A program made the translations under genes and the position numbers. The notes beneath the pieces were generated by a model. The model did not search any database. It saw only the letters and a list, made by a program, of their open reading frames with translations, and was not told where the DNA came from. Shown piece by piece: positions 1 to 12,276 of a stretch of 64,000 nucleotides of DNA. The stretch comes from the human T2T-CHM13v2.0 reference genome, Homo sapiens. How positions within the stretch are numbered: position 1 is the stretch's first letter; each line of letters starts with the position of its first letter. The stretch lies in NCBI RefSeq assembly GCF_009914755.1, contig NC_060934.1, one strand, 5' to 3'.

Positions 1-862
1 AGCGATTTGAGGCCAATTGTAAAAAAGGAAATATCTTCGTATAAAAACTAGACAGAACAATTCTCAGAAACTGCTCTGTGATTTTTGCGTTCAACTCACA
101 GATTTTAAACTTTCTTTTCATAGAGCAGTTTGGAAACACTCTTTTTGTAAAGTCTGCAAGCGGATATTTGGACCTCTTTCAGGCCTTCTTTGGAAACGGG
201 ATTTCTCCATATACTGCTAGCCCGAAGAATTTTCAGTAACTACTTTGTGTTGTGTGTATTCAACTCACAGATTTGAACCTTTCTTTAGACAGAGCAGATT
301 TGAAACGCTCTTTTCGTGGCTTTTGCAAGTAAAGATTTCAAGCGATTTGAGGCCAATGGTAGAAAAGGAAATATCTTCGTATAAAAACTAGACAGAATCG
401 TTCTCAGAATCTACTTTGTGATGTGTGCGTGCAACTCACGGAGATTAACCTTTCTTTTCATAGAGAAGTTTGGAAAGAGTCTGTCTGTAAGGTCTGCAAG
501 TGGATATTTAGATTTCTGTGAGGCCTTCGTTGCAAACGGGATTTCTTCATATACTGCCCGACAGAAGAATTCTGTTACTACTTTCTGTTGTGTGCATTCA
601 ACTCACAGAGTTGAACCTTCCTATATTCAGAGCAGTTTTGAAACACTCTTTTTGTGGAATTTGCAAGTGAAGATTTCAAGGGATTTGAGGCCAATCTTAG
701 AAATGGAAATATCTTCGAATTAAAACTACACAGAATCATTCGCAGAAACTAGTTTGTGATGTGTGCGTTCAACTCACAGAGTTTAACGTTTCTTTTCATA
801 GAGCAGTTTGGAAACGCTGTCTTTGTAAAGTCTGCAAGTGGATATTAGGACCTCTTTGAGGC

Positions 863-879
863 CTTCGTTGGAAACGGGA
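863..879 (+). promoter_or_regulatory. CENP-B box (representative; recurs every ~340 bp in the HOR)
   Basis: CTTCGTTGGAAACGGGA, the canonical 17-bp box. 8 of 9 box positions per 18-mer keep the TTCG-N4-A-N2-CGGG core (including the TTCGTTGCAAACGGG variants); the one at 185-201 (CTTCTTTGG...) does not. Confidence 0.95.
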
Positions 880-3800
880 TTTCCTCCTATAATGCTAGAC
901 AGAAGAATTCCCAGTCACTTCTTTGTGTTGTGTGCATTCAACTCAGAGATTTGAACCTTCCTTTAGAGAGAGCACATTTGAAACACTCTTTTTGTGTAAT
1001 TTGCTAGTGCAGATTTCAAGCTCTTCGAGGACAATGGTAGGAAAGGAAATATCTTTGTATTAAAACTAGACAAAATCATTCTCAGAAACTACTTTGTGAT
1101 GTGTGCGTTCCACTCACAGACTTTAACCTTTCTTTTAATTGAGCAGTTTGGAAACACTCTCTTTGTAAAGTCTGCAGTAGGATATTTGGACCTCTTTGAG
1201 GCCTTCGTTGGAAACGGGATTTCTTCATATAATGCTAGATAGAAGAATTCTCAGTAACTTGTTTGTGTTGTGTGTATTCAACTAACAGAGTTGAACCTTC
1301 CTTTAGAAAGAGCAGTTTTCAAACACTCTGTTTGTGCAATTTCCAATGGAGATTTCTAGGGATTTGAGGCCAGTCTTAGAAATGGAAATATCTTTGTATA
1401 AAAACTAGACAGTGTCATTCTGAGATACTACCTTGTGATGTGTGCGTTCAACTCACAGAGTTTAACCTTTCTTTTCACAGAGCAGTTTGGAAACACTCTA
1501 TTTGTAAAGTCTGCAAGTGGATATTTGGACCTCTTTGAGGCCTTCGTTGGAAACGGGATTTCTTCCTATAATGCTAGACAGAAGTATTCTCAGTCACTTC
1601 TTTGTGTTGTGTGCATTCAACTCAGAGATTTGAACCTTCCTTTAGAGAGAGCACATTTGAAACACTCTATTTGTGTAATTTGCTAGTACAGATTTCAAGC
1701 TCTTCGAGGACAATGGTAGAAAAGGAAATATCTTCGTATGAAAACTAGACAAAATCATTCTCAGAAACTACTTTGTGATGTGTGCGTTCCACTCACAGAG
1801 TTTAACCTTTCTTTTAATTGAGCAGTTTGGAAACACTATTTTTGTAAAGTCTGCAAGTGGATATTTGGACTTCTTTGAGCCCTTCGTTGGAAACGGGATT
1901 TCTCCATATACTGCTAGACCGAAGCATTTTCAGTAACTACTTTGTGTTGTGTGTATTCAACTCACAGATTTGAACCTTTCTTTAGACAGAGCAGATTTGA
2001 AACGCTCTTCTCGTGGCTTTTGCATGTGGAGGTTTCAAACGATTTGAGGCCAATGGTAGAAAAGGAAATATCTTCGTATAAAAACTAGAGAGAATCATTC
2101 TCAGAAATTACTTTGTGATGTGTGCGTGCAACTCACGGAGATTAACCTTTCTTTTCATAGAGCAGTTTGGAAAGACTCTGTCTGTAAGGTCTGCAAGTGG
2201 ATATTTAGATTTCTGTGAGGCCTTCGTTGCAAACGGGATTTCTTCATATACTCACAGACAGAAGAATTCTCAGTAACTATTTGTGTTGTGTGCATTCAAC
2301 TCACGGAGTTGAACCTTCCTTTATTCGGAGCAGTTTTGAAACACTCTTTTTGTGGAATTTGCAAGTGGAGATTTCAAGGGATTTGAGGCCAATCTTAGAA
2401 ATGGAAATATCTTCGAATTAAAACTACACAGAATCGTTCGCAGAAACTAGTTTGTGATGTGTGCGTTCAACTCACAGAGTTTAACGTTTCTTTTCATAGA
2501 GCAGTTTGGAAACGCTCTCTTTGTAAAGTCTCCAAGTGGATATTTGGAGCTCTTTGAGCCCTTCGTTGGAAACGGGACTTCTTCATATAATGCTAGACAG
2601 AAGAATACTCAGTAACTTCTTTGTGCTGTGTGTATTCAACTCACAGAGTTGAACTTTTCTTTAGACAGAGCAGATTTGATACTCTCTTTTCGTGGCTTTT
2701 GCCAGAGGAGATTTCAACTCATTGGAGGCCAATGGTAGAAAAGAAAATATCTTCGTATAATAACTAAACAGAATCATTCTCAGAAACTTCTTTGTGATGT
2801 GTGCGTTCAACTCACAGAGTTTAACCTTTCTTTTCATAGAGCAGGTTGGAAGCACTCTCTTTGTAAAGTCTGCATGCAGATATTTGGACCTTTTTGAGGC
2901 CTTCGTTGGAAACGGGATTTCTTCATATACTGCTAGACCAAAGAATTCTCAGTAACTTCTTTTGGTTGTGTGTATGCAATTCACAGCGTTGAACCTTTCT
3001 TTAGACCGAGCAGATTTGAAACTCTCCTTTCGTTGCTTTTGCAAGTGGAGATTTCAAGCGATTTGAGGCCAATTGTAAAAAAGGAAATATCTTCGTATAA
3101 AAACTAGACAGAACAATTCTCAGAAACTGCTCTGTGATTTTTGCGTTCAACTCACAGATTTTAAACTTTCTTTTCATAGAGCAGTTTGGAAACACTCTTT
3201 TTGTAAAGTCTGCAAGCGGATATTTGGACCTCTTTCAGGCCTTCTTTGGAAACGGGATTTCTCCATATACTGCTAGCCCGAAGAATTTTCAGTAACTACT
3301 TTGTGTTGTGTGTATTCAACTCACAGATTTGAACCTTTCTTTAGACAGAGCAGATTTGAAACGCTCTTTTCGTGGCTTTTGCAAGTAAAGATTTCAAGCG
3401 ATTTGAGGCCAATGGTAGAAAAGGAAATATCTTCGTATAAAAACTAGACAGAATCGTTCTCAGAATCTACTTTGTGATGTGTGCGTGCAACTCACGGAGA
3501 TTAACCTTTCTTTTCATAGAGAAGTTTGGAAAGAGTCTGTCTGTAAGGTCTGCAAGTGGATATTTAGATTTCTGTGAGGCCTTCGTTGCAAACGGGATTT
3601 CTTCATATACTGCCCGACAGAAGAATTCTGTTACTACTTTCTGTTGTGTGCATTCAACTCACAGAGTTGAACCTTCCTATATTCAGAGCAGTTTTGAAAC
3701 ACTCTTTTTGTGGAATTTGCAAGTGAAGATTTCAAGGGATTTGAGGCCAATCTTAGAAATGGAAATATCTTCGAATTAAAACTACACAGAATCATTCGCA

Positions 3801-6800
3801 GAAACTAGTTTGTGATGTGTGCGTTCAACTCACAGAGTTTAACGTTTCTTTTCATAGAGCAGTTTGGAAACGCTGTCTTTGTAAAGTCTGCAAGTGGATA
3901 TTAGGACCTCTTTGAGGCCTTCGTTGGAAACGGGATTTCCTCCTATAATGCTAGACAGAAGAATTCCCAGTCACTTCTTTGTGTTGTGTGCATTCAACTC
4001 AGAGATTTGAACCTTCCTTTAGAGAGAGCACATTTGAAACACTCTTTTTGTGTAATTTGCTAGTGCAGATTTCAAGCTCTTCGAGGACAATGGTAGGAAA
4101 GGAAATATCTTTGTATTAAAACTAGACAAAATCATTCTCAGAAACTACTTTGTGATGTGTGCGTTCCACTCACAGACTTTAACCTTTCTTTTAATTGAGC
4201 AGTTTGGAAACACTCTCTTTGTAAAGTCTGCAGTAGGATATTTGGACCTCTTTGAGGCCTTCGTTGGAAACGGGATTTCTTCATATAATGCTAGATAGAA
4301 GAATTCTCAGTAACTTGTTTGTGTTGTGTGTATTCAACTAACAGAGTTGAACCTTCCTTTAGAAAGAGCAGTTTTCAAACACTCTGTTTGTGCAATTTCC
4401 AATGGAGATTTCTAGGGATTTGAGGCCAGTCTTAGAAATGGAAATATCTTTGTATAAAAACTAGACAGTGTCATTCTGAGATACTACCTTGTGATGTGTG
4501 CGTTCAACTCACAGAGTTTAACCTTTCTTTTCACAGAGCAGTTTGGAAACACTCTATTTGTAAAGTCTGCAAGTGGATATTTGGACCTCTTTGAGGCCTT
4601 CGTTGGAAACGGGATTTCTTCCTATAATGCTAGACAGAAGTATTCTCAGTCACTTCTTTGTGTTGTGTGCATTCAACTCAGAGATTTGAACCTTCCTTTA
4701 GAGAGAGCACATTTGAAACACTCTATTTGTGTAATTTGCTAGTACAGATTTCAAGCTCTTCGAGGACAATGGTAGAAAAGGAAATATCTTCGTATGAAAA
4801 CTAGACAAAATCATTCTCAGAAACTACTTTGTGATGTGTGCGTTCCACTCACAGAGTTTAACCTTTCTTTTAATTGAGCAGTTTGGAAACACTATTTTTG
4901 TAAAGTCTGCAAGTGGATATTTGGACTTCTTTGAGCCCTTCGTTGGAAACGGGATTTCTCCATATACTGCTAGACCGAAGCATTTTCAGTAACTACTTTG
5001 TGTTGTGTGTATTCAACTCACAGATTTGAACCTTTCTTTAGACAGAGCAGATTTGAAACGCTCTTCTCGTGGCTTTTGCATGTGGAGGTTTCAAACGATT
5101 TGAGGCCAATGGTAGAAAAGGAAATATCTTCGTATAAAAACTAGAGAGAATCATTCTCAGAAATTACTTTGTGATGTGTGCGTGCAACTCACGGAGATTA
5201 ACCTTTCTTTTCATAGAGCAGTTTGGAAAGACTCTGTCTGTAAGGTCTGCAAGTGGATATTTAGATTTCTGTGAGGCCTTCGTTGCAAACGGGATTTCTT
5301 CATATACTCACAGACAGAAGAATTCTCAGTAACTATTTGTGTTGTGTGCATTCAACTCACGGAGTTGAACCTTCCTTTATTCGGAGCAGTTTTGAAACAC
5401 TCTTTTTGTGGAATTTGCAAGTGGAGATTTCAAGGGATTTGAGGCCAATCTTAGAAATGGAAATATCTTCGAATTAAAACTACACAGAATCGTTCGCAGA
5501 AACTAGTTTGTGATGTGTGCGTTCAACTCACAGAGTTTAACGTTTCTTTTCATAGAGCAGTTTGGAAACGCTCTCTTTGTAAAGTCTCCAAGTGGATATT
5601 TGGAGCTCTTTGAGCCCTTCGTTGGAAACGGGACTTCTTCATATAATGCTAGACAGAAGAATACTCAGTAACTTCTTTGTGCTGTGTGTATTCAACTCAC
5701 AGAGTTGAACTTTTCTTTAGACAGAGCAGATTTGATACTCTCTTTTCGTGGCTTTTGCCAGAGGAGATTTCAACTCATTGGAGGCCAATGGTAGAAAAGA
5801 AAATATCTTCGTATAATAACTAAACAGAATCATTCTCAGAAACTTCTTTGTGATGTGTGCGTTCAACTCACAGAGTTTAACCTTTCTTTTCATAGAGCAG
5901 GTTGGAAGCACTCTCTTTGTAAAGTCTGCATGCAGATATTTGGACTTTTGAGGCCTTCGTTGGAAACGGGATTTCTTCATATACTGCTAGACCGAAGAAT
6001 TCTCAGTAACTTCTTTGGGTTATGTGTATTCAATTCACAGCGTTGAACCTTTCTTTAGACCGAGCAGATTTGAAACTCTCCTTTCGTTGCTTTTGCAAGT
6101 GGAGATTTCAAGCGATTTGAGGCCAATTGTAAAAAAGGAAATATCTTCGTATAAAAACTTGACAGAACAATTCTCAGAAACTGCTCTGTGATTTTTGCGT
6201 TCAACTCACAGATTTTAAACTTTCTTTTCATAGAGCAGTTTGGAAACACTCTTTTTGTAAAGTCTGCAAGCGGATATTTGGACCTCTTTCAGGCCTTCTT
6301 TGGAAACGGGATTTCTCCATATACTGCTAGCCCGAAGAATTTTCAGTAACTACTTTGTGTTGTGTGTATTCAACTCACAGATTTGAACCTTTCTTTAGAC
6401 AGAGCAGATTTGAAACGCTCTTTTCGTGGCTTTTGCAAGTAAAGATTTCAAGCGATTTGAGGCCAATGGTAGAAAAGGAAATATCTTCGTATAAAAACTA
6501 GACAGAATCGTTCTCAGAATCTACTTTGTGATGTGTGCGTGCAACTCACGGAGATTAACCTTTCTTTTCATAGAGAAGTTTGGAAAGAGTCTGTCTGTAA
6601 GGTCTGCAAGTGGATATTTAGATTTCTGTGAGGCCTTCGTTGCAAACGGGATTTCTTCATATACTGCCCGACAGAAGAATTCTGTTACTACTTTCTGTTG
6701 TGTGCATTCAACTCACAGAGTTGAACCTTCCTATATTCAGAGCAGTTTTGAAACACTCTTTTTGTGGAATTTGCAAGTGAAGATTTCAAGGGATTTGAGG

Positions 6801-9560
6801 CCAATCTTAGAAATGGAAATATCTTCGAATTAAAACTACACAGAATCATTCGCAGAAACTAGTTTGTGATGTGTGCGTTCAACTCACAGAGTTTAACGTT
6901 TCTTTTCATAGAGCAGTTTGGAAACGCTGTCTTTGTAAAGTCTGCAAGTGGATATTAGGACCTCTTTGAGGCCTTCGTTGGAAACGGGATTTCCTCCTAT
7001 AATGCTAGACAGAAGAATTCCCAGTCACTTCTTTGTGTTGTGTGCATTCAACTCAGAGATTTGAACCTTCCTTTAGAGAGAGCACATTTGAAACACTCTT
7101 TTTGTGTAATTTGCTAGTGCAGATTTCAAGCTCTTCGAGGACAATGGTAGGAAAGGAAATATCTTTGTATTAAAACTAGACAAAATCATTCTCAGAAACT
7201 ACTTTGTGATGTGTGCGTTCCACTCACAGACTTTAACCTTTCTTTTAATTGAGCAGTTTGGAAACACTCTCTTTGTAAAGTCTGCAGTAGGATATTTGGA
7301 CCTCTTTGAGGCCTTCGTTGGAAACGGGATTTCTTCATATAATGCTAGATAGAAGAATTCTCAGTAACTTGTTTGTGTTGTGTGTATTCAACTAACAGAG
7401 TTGAACCTTCCTTTAGAAAGAGCAGTTTTCAAACACTCTGTTTGTGCAATTTCCAATGGAGATTTCTAGGGATTTGAGGCCAGTCTTAGAAATGGAAATA
7501 TCTTTGTATAAAAACTAGACAGTGTCATTCTGAGATACTACCTTGTGATGTGTGCGTTCAACTCACAGAGTTTAACCTTTCTTTTCACAGAGCAGTTTGG
7601 AAACACTCTATTTGTAAAGTCTGCAAGTGGATATTTGGACCTCTTTGAGGCCTTCGTTGGAAACGGGATTTCTTCCTATAATGCTAGACAGAAGTATTCT
7701 CAGTCACTTCTTTGTGTTGTGTGCATTCAACTCAGAGATTTGAACCTTCCTTTAGAGAGAGCACATTTGAAACACTCTATTTGTGTAATTTGCTAGTACA
7801 GATTTCAAGCTCTTCGAGGACAATGGTAGAAAAGGAAATATCTTCGTATGAAAACTAGACAAAATCATTCTCAGAAACTACTTTGTGATGTGTGCGTTCC
7901 ACTCACAGAGTTTAACCTTTCTTTTAATTGAGCAGTTTGGAAACACTATTTTTGTAAAGTCTGCAAGTGGATATTTGGACTTCTTTGAGCCCTTCGTTGG
8001 AAACGGGATTTCTCCATATACTGCTAGACCGAAGCATTTTCAGTAACTACTTTGTGTTGTGTGTATTCAACTCACAGATTTGAACCTTTCTTTAGACAGA
8101 GCAAATTTGAAACGCTCATCTCGTGGCTTTTGCATGTGGAGGTTTCAAACGATTTGAGGCCAATGGTAGAAAAGGAAATATCTTCGTATAAAAACTAGAG
8201 AGAATCATTCTCAGAAATTACTTTGTGATGTGTGCGTGCAACTCACGGAGATTAACCTTTCTTTTCATAGAGCAGTTTGGAAAGACTCTGTCTGTAAGGT
8301 CTGCAAGTGGATATTTAGATTTCCGTGAGGCCTTCGTTGCAAACGGGATTTCTTCATATACTCACAGACAGAAGAATTCTCAGTAACTATTTGTGTTGTG
8401 TGCATTCAACTCACGGAGTTGAACCTTCCTTTATTCGGAGCAGTTTTGAAACACTCTTTTTGTGGAATTTGCAAGTGGAGATTTCAAGGGATTTGAGGCC
8501 AATCTTAGAAATGGAAATATCTTCGAATTAAAACTACACAGAATCGTTCGCAGAAACTAGTTTGTGATGTGTGCGTTCACCTCACAGAGTTTAACGTTTC
8601 TTTTCATAGAGCAGTTTGGAAACGCTCTCTTTGTAAAGTCTCCAAGTGGATATTTGGAGCTCTTTGAGCCCTTCGTTGGAAACGGGACTTCTTCATATAA
8701 TGTTAGACAGAAGAATACTCAGTAACTTCTTTGTGCTGTGTGTATTCAACTCACAGAGTTGAACTTTTCTTTAGACAGAGCAGATTTGATACTCTCTTTT
8801 CGTGGCTTTTGCCAGAGGAGATTTCAACTCATTGGAGGCCAATGGTAGAAAAGAAAATATCTTCGTATAATAACTAAACAGAATCATTCTCAGAAACTTC
8901 TTTGTGATGTGTGCGTTCAACTCACAGAGTTTAACCTTTCTTTTCATAGAGCAGGTTGGAAGCACTCTCTTTGTAAAGTCTGCATGCAGATATTTGGACT
9001 TTTTGAGGCCTTCGTTGGAAACGGGATTTCTTCATATACTGCTAGACCGAAGAATTCTCAGTAACTTCTTTGGGTTGTGTGTATTCAATTCACAGAGTTG
9101 AACCTTTCTTTAGACCGAGCAGATTTGAAACTCTCCTTTCGTTGCTTTTGCAAGTGGAGATTTCAAGCGATTTGAGGCCAATTGTAGAAAAGGAAATATG
9201 TTCGTATAAAAACTAGACAGAACAATTCTCAGAAACTGCTCTGTGATTTGTGCGTTCAACTCACAGATTTTAAACTTTCTTTTCATAGAGCAGTTTGGAA
9301 ACACTCTTTTTGTAAAGTCTGCAAGCGGATATTTGGACCTCTTTCAGGCCTTCTTTGGAAACGGGATTTCTCCATATACTGCTAGCCCGAAGAATTTTCA
9401 GTAACTACTTTGTGTTGTGTGTATTCAACTCACAGATTTGAACCTTTCTTTAGACAGAGCAGATTTGAAACGCTCTTTTCGTGGCTTTTGCAAGTAAAGA
9501 TTTCAAGCGATTTGAGGCCAATGGTAGAAAAGGAAATATCTTCGTATAAAAACTAGACAG

Positions 9561-12276
9561 AATCGTTCTCAGAATCTACTTTGTGATGTGTGCGTGCAAC
9601 TCACGGAGATTAACCTTTCTTTTCATAGAGAAGTTTGGAAAGAGTCTGTCTGTAAGGTCTGCAAGTGGATATTTAGATTTCTGTGAGGCCTTCGTTGCAA
9701 ACGGGATTTCTTCATATACTGCCCGACAGAAGAATTCTGTTACTACTTTCTGTTGTGTGCATTCAACTCACAGAGTTGAACCTTCCTATATTCAGAGCAG
9801 TTTTGAAACACTCTTTTTGTGGAATTTGCAAGTGGAAATTTCAAGGGATTTGAGGCCAATCTTAGAAATGGAAATATCTTCGAATTAAAACTACACAGAA
9901 TCATTCGCAGAAACTAGTTTGTGATGTGTGCGTTCAACTCACAGAGTTTAACGTTTCTTTTCATAGAGTAGTTTGGAAACGCTGTCTTTGTAAAGTCTGC
10001 AAGTGGATATTAGGACCTCTTTGAGGCCTTCGTTGGAAACGGGATTTCCTCCTATAATGCTAGACAGAAGAATTCCCAGTCACTTCTTTGTGTTGTGTGC
10101 ATTCAACTCAGAGATTTGAACCTTCCTTTAGAGAGAGCACATTTGAAACACTCTTTTTGTGTAATTTGCTAGTGCAGATTTCAAGCTCTTCGAGGACAAT
10201 GGTAGGAAAGGAAATATCTTCGTATTAAAACTAGACAAAATCATTCTCAGAAACTACTTTGTGATGTGTGCGTTCCACTCACAGACTTTAACCTTTCTTT
10301 TAATTGAGCAGTTTGGAAACACTCTCTTTGTAAAGTCTGCAGTAGGATATTTGGACCTCTTTGAGGCCTTCGTTGGAACCGGGATTTCTTCATATAATGC
10401 TAGATAGAAGAATTCTCAGTAACTTGTTTGTGTTGTGTGTATTCAACTAACAGAGTTGGACCTTCCTTTAGAAAGAGCAGTTTTCAAACACTCTGTTTGT
10501 GCAATTTCCAATGGAGATTTCTAGGGATTTGAGGCCAGTCTTAGAAATGGAAATATCTTTGTATAAAAACTAGACAGTGTCATTCTGAGATACTACCTTG
10601 TGATGTGTGCGTTCAACTCACAGAGTTTAACCTTTCTTTTCATAGAGCAGTTTGGAAACACTCTATTTGTAAAGTCTGCAAGTGGATATTTGGACCTCTT
10701 TGAGGCCTTCGTTGGAAACGGGATTTCTTCATATACTGCTAGACCAAAGAATTCTCAGTAACTTCTTTGGGTTGTGTGTATTCAATTCACAGAGTTGAAC
10801 CTTTCTTTAGACCGAGCAGATTTGAAACTCTCCTTTCGTTGCTTTTGCAAGTGGAGATTTCAAGCGATTTGAGGCCAATTGTAGAAAAGGAAATATCTTC
10901 GTATAAAAACTAGACAGAATCATTCTCAGAATCTACTTTGTGATGTGTGCGTGCAACTCACGGAGATTAACCTTTCTTTTCATAGAGAAGTTTGGAAACA
11001 CTCTGTCTGTAAGTTCTGCAAGTGGATATTTAGATTTCTGTGAGGCCTTCATTGCAAACGGGATTTCTTCATATACTTCCCGACAGCAGAATTCTCAGTT
11101 ACTACTTTCTGTTGTGTGCATTCAACTCACAGAGTTGAACCTTCCTTTATTCAGAGCAGTTTTGAAACACTCTTTTTGTGGAATTTGCAAGTGGAGATTT
11201 CAAGGGATTTGAGGCCAATCTTAGAAATGGAAATATCTTCGAATTAAAGCTACACAGAATCATTCGCAGAAACTAGTTTGTGATGTGTGCGTTCAACTCA
11301 CAGAGTTTAACGTTTCTTTTCATAGAGCAGTTTGGAAACGCTGTCTTTGTAAAGTCTGCAAGTGGATATTAGGACCTCTTTGAGGCCTTCGTTGGAAACG
11401 GGATTTCCTCCTATAATGCTAGACAGAAGAATTCCCAGTCACTTCTTTGTGTTGTGTGCATTCAACTCAGAGATTTGAACCTTCCTTTAGAGAGAGCACA
11501 TTTGAAACACTCTTTTTGTGTAATTTGCTAGTGCAGATTTCAAGCTCTTCGAGGACAATGGTAGGAAAGGAAATATCTTCGTATTAAAACTAGACAAAAT
11601 CATTCTCAGAAACTACTTTGTGATGTGTGCGTTCCACTCACAGACTTTAACCTTTCTTTTAATTGAGCAGTTTGGAAACACTCTCTTTGTAAAGTCTGCA
11701 GTAGGATATTTGGACCTCTTTGAGGCCTTCGTTGGAACCGGGATTTCTTCATATAATGCTAGATAGAAGAATTCTCAGTAACTTGTTTGTGTTGTGTGTA
11801 TTCAACTAACAGAGTTGAACCTTCCTTTAGAAAGAGCAGTGTTCAAACACTCTGTTTGTGCAATTTCCAATGGAGATTTCTAGGGATTTGAGGCCAGTCT
11901 TAGAAATGGAAATATCTTTGTATAAAAACTAGACAGTGTCATTCTGAGATACTACCTTGTGATGTGTGCGTTCAACTCACAGAGTTTAACCTTTCTTTTC
12001 ATAGAGCAGTTTGGAAACACTCTATTTGTAAAGTCTGCAAGTGGATATTTGGACCTCTTTGAGGCCTTCGTTGGAAACGGGATTTCTTCATATACTGCTA
12101 GACCAAAGAATTCTCAGTAACTTCTTTGGGTTGTGTGTATTCAATTCACAGAGTTGAACCTTTCTTTAGACCGAGCAGATTTGAAACTCTCCTTTCGTTG
12201 CTTTTGCAAGTGGAGATTTCAAGCGATTTGAGGCCAATTGTAGAAAAGGAAATATCTTCGTATAAAAACTAGACAG
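9561..12276 (+). repeat. Two tandem 8-monomer structural-variant HOR units (1357 and 1359 bp)
   Basis: The dimer-2 start recurs at 9561, 10918 and 12277. Each unit is dimers 2-3-4, first monomer of dimer 5, then second monomer of dimer 9. Confidence 0.88.
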
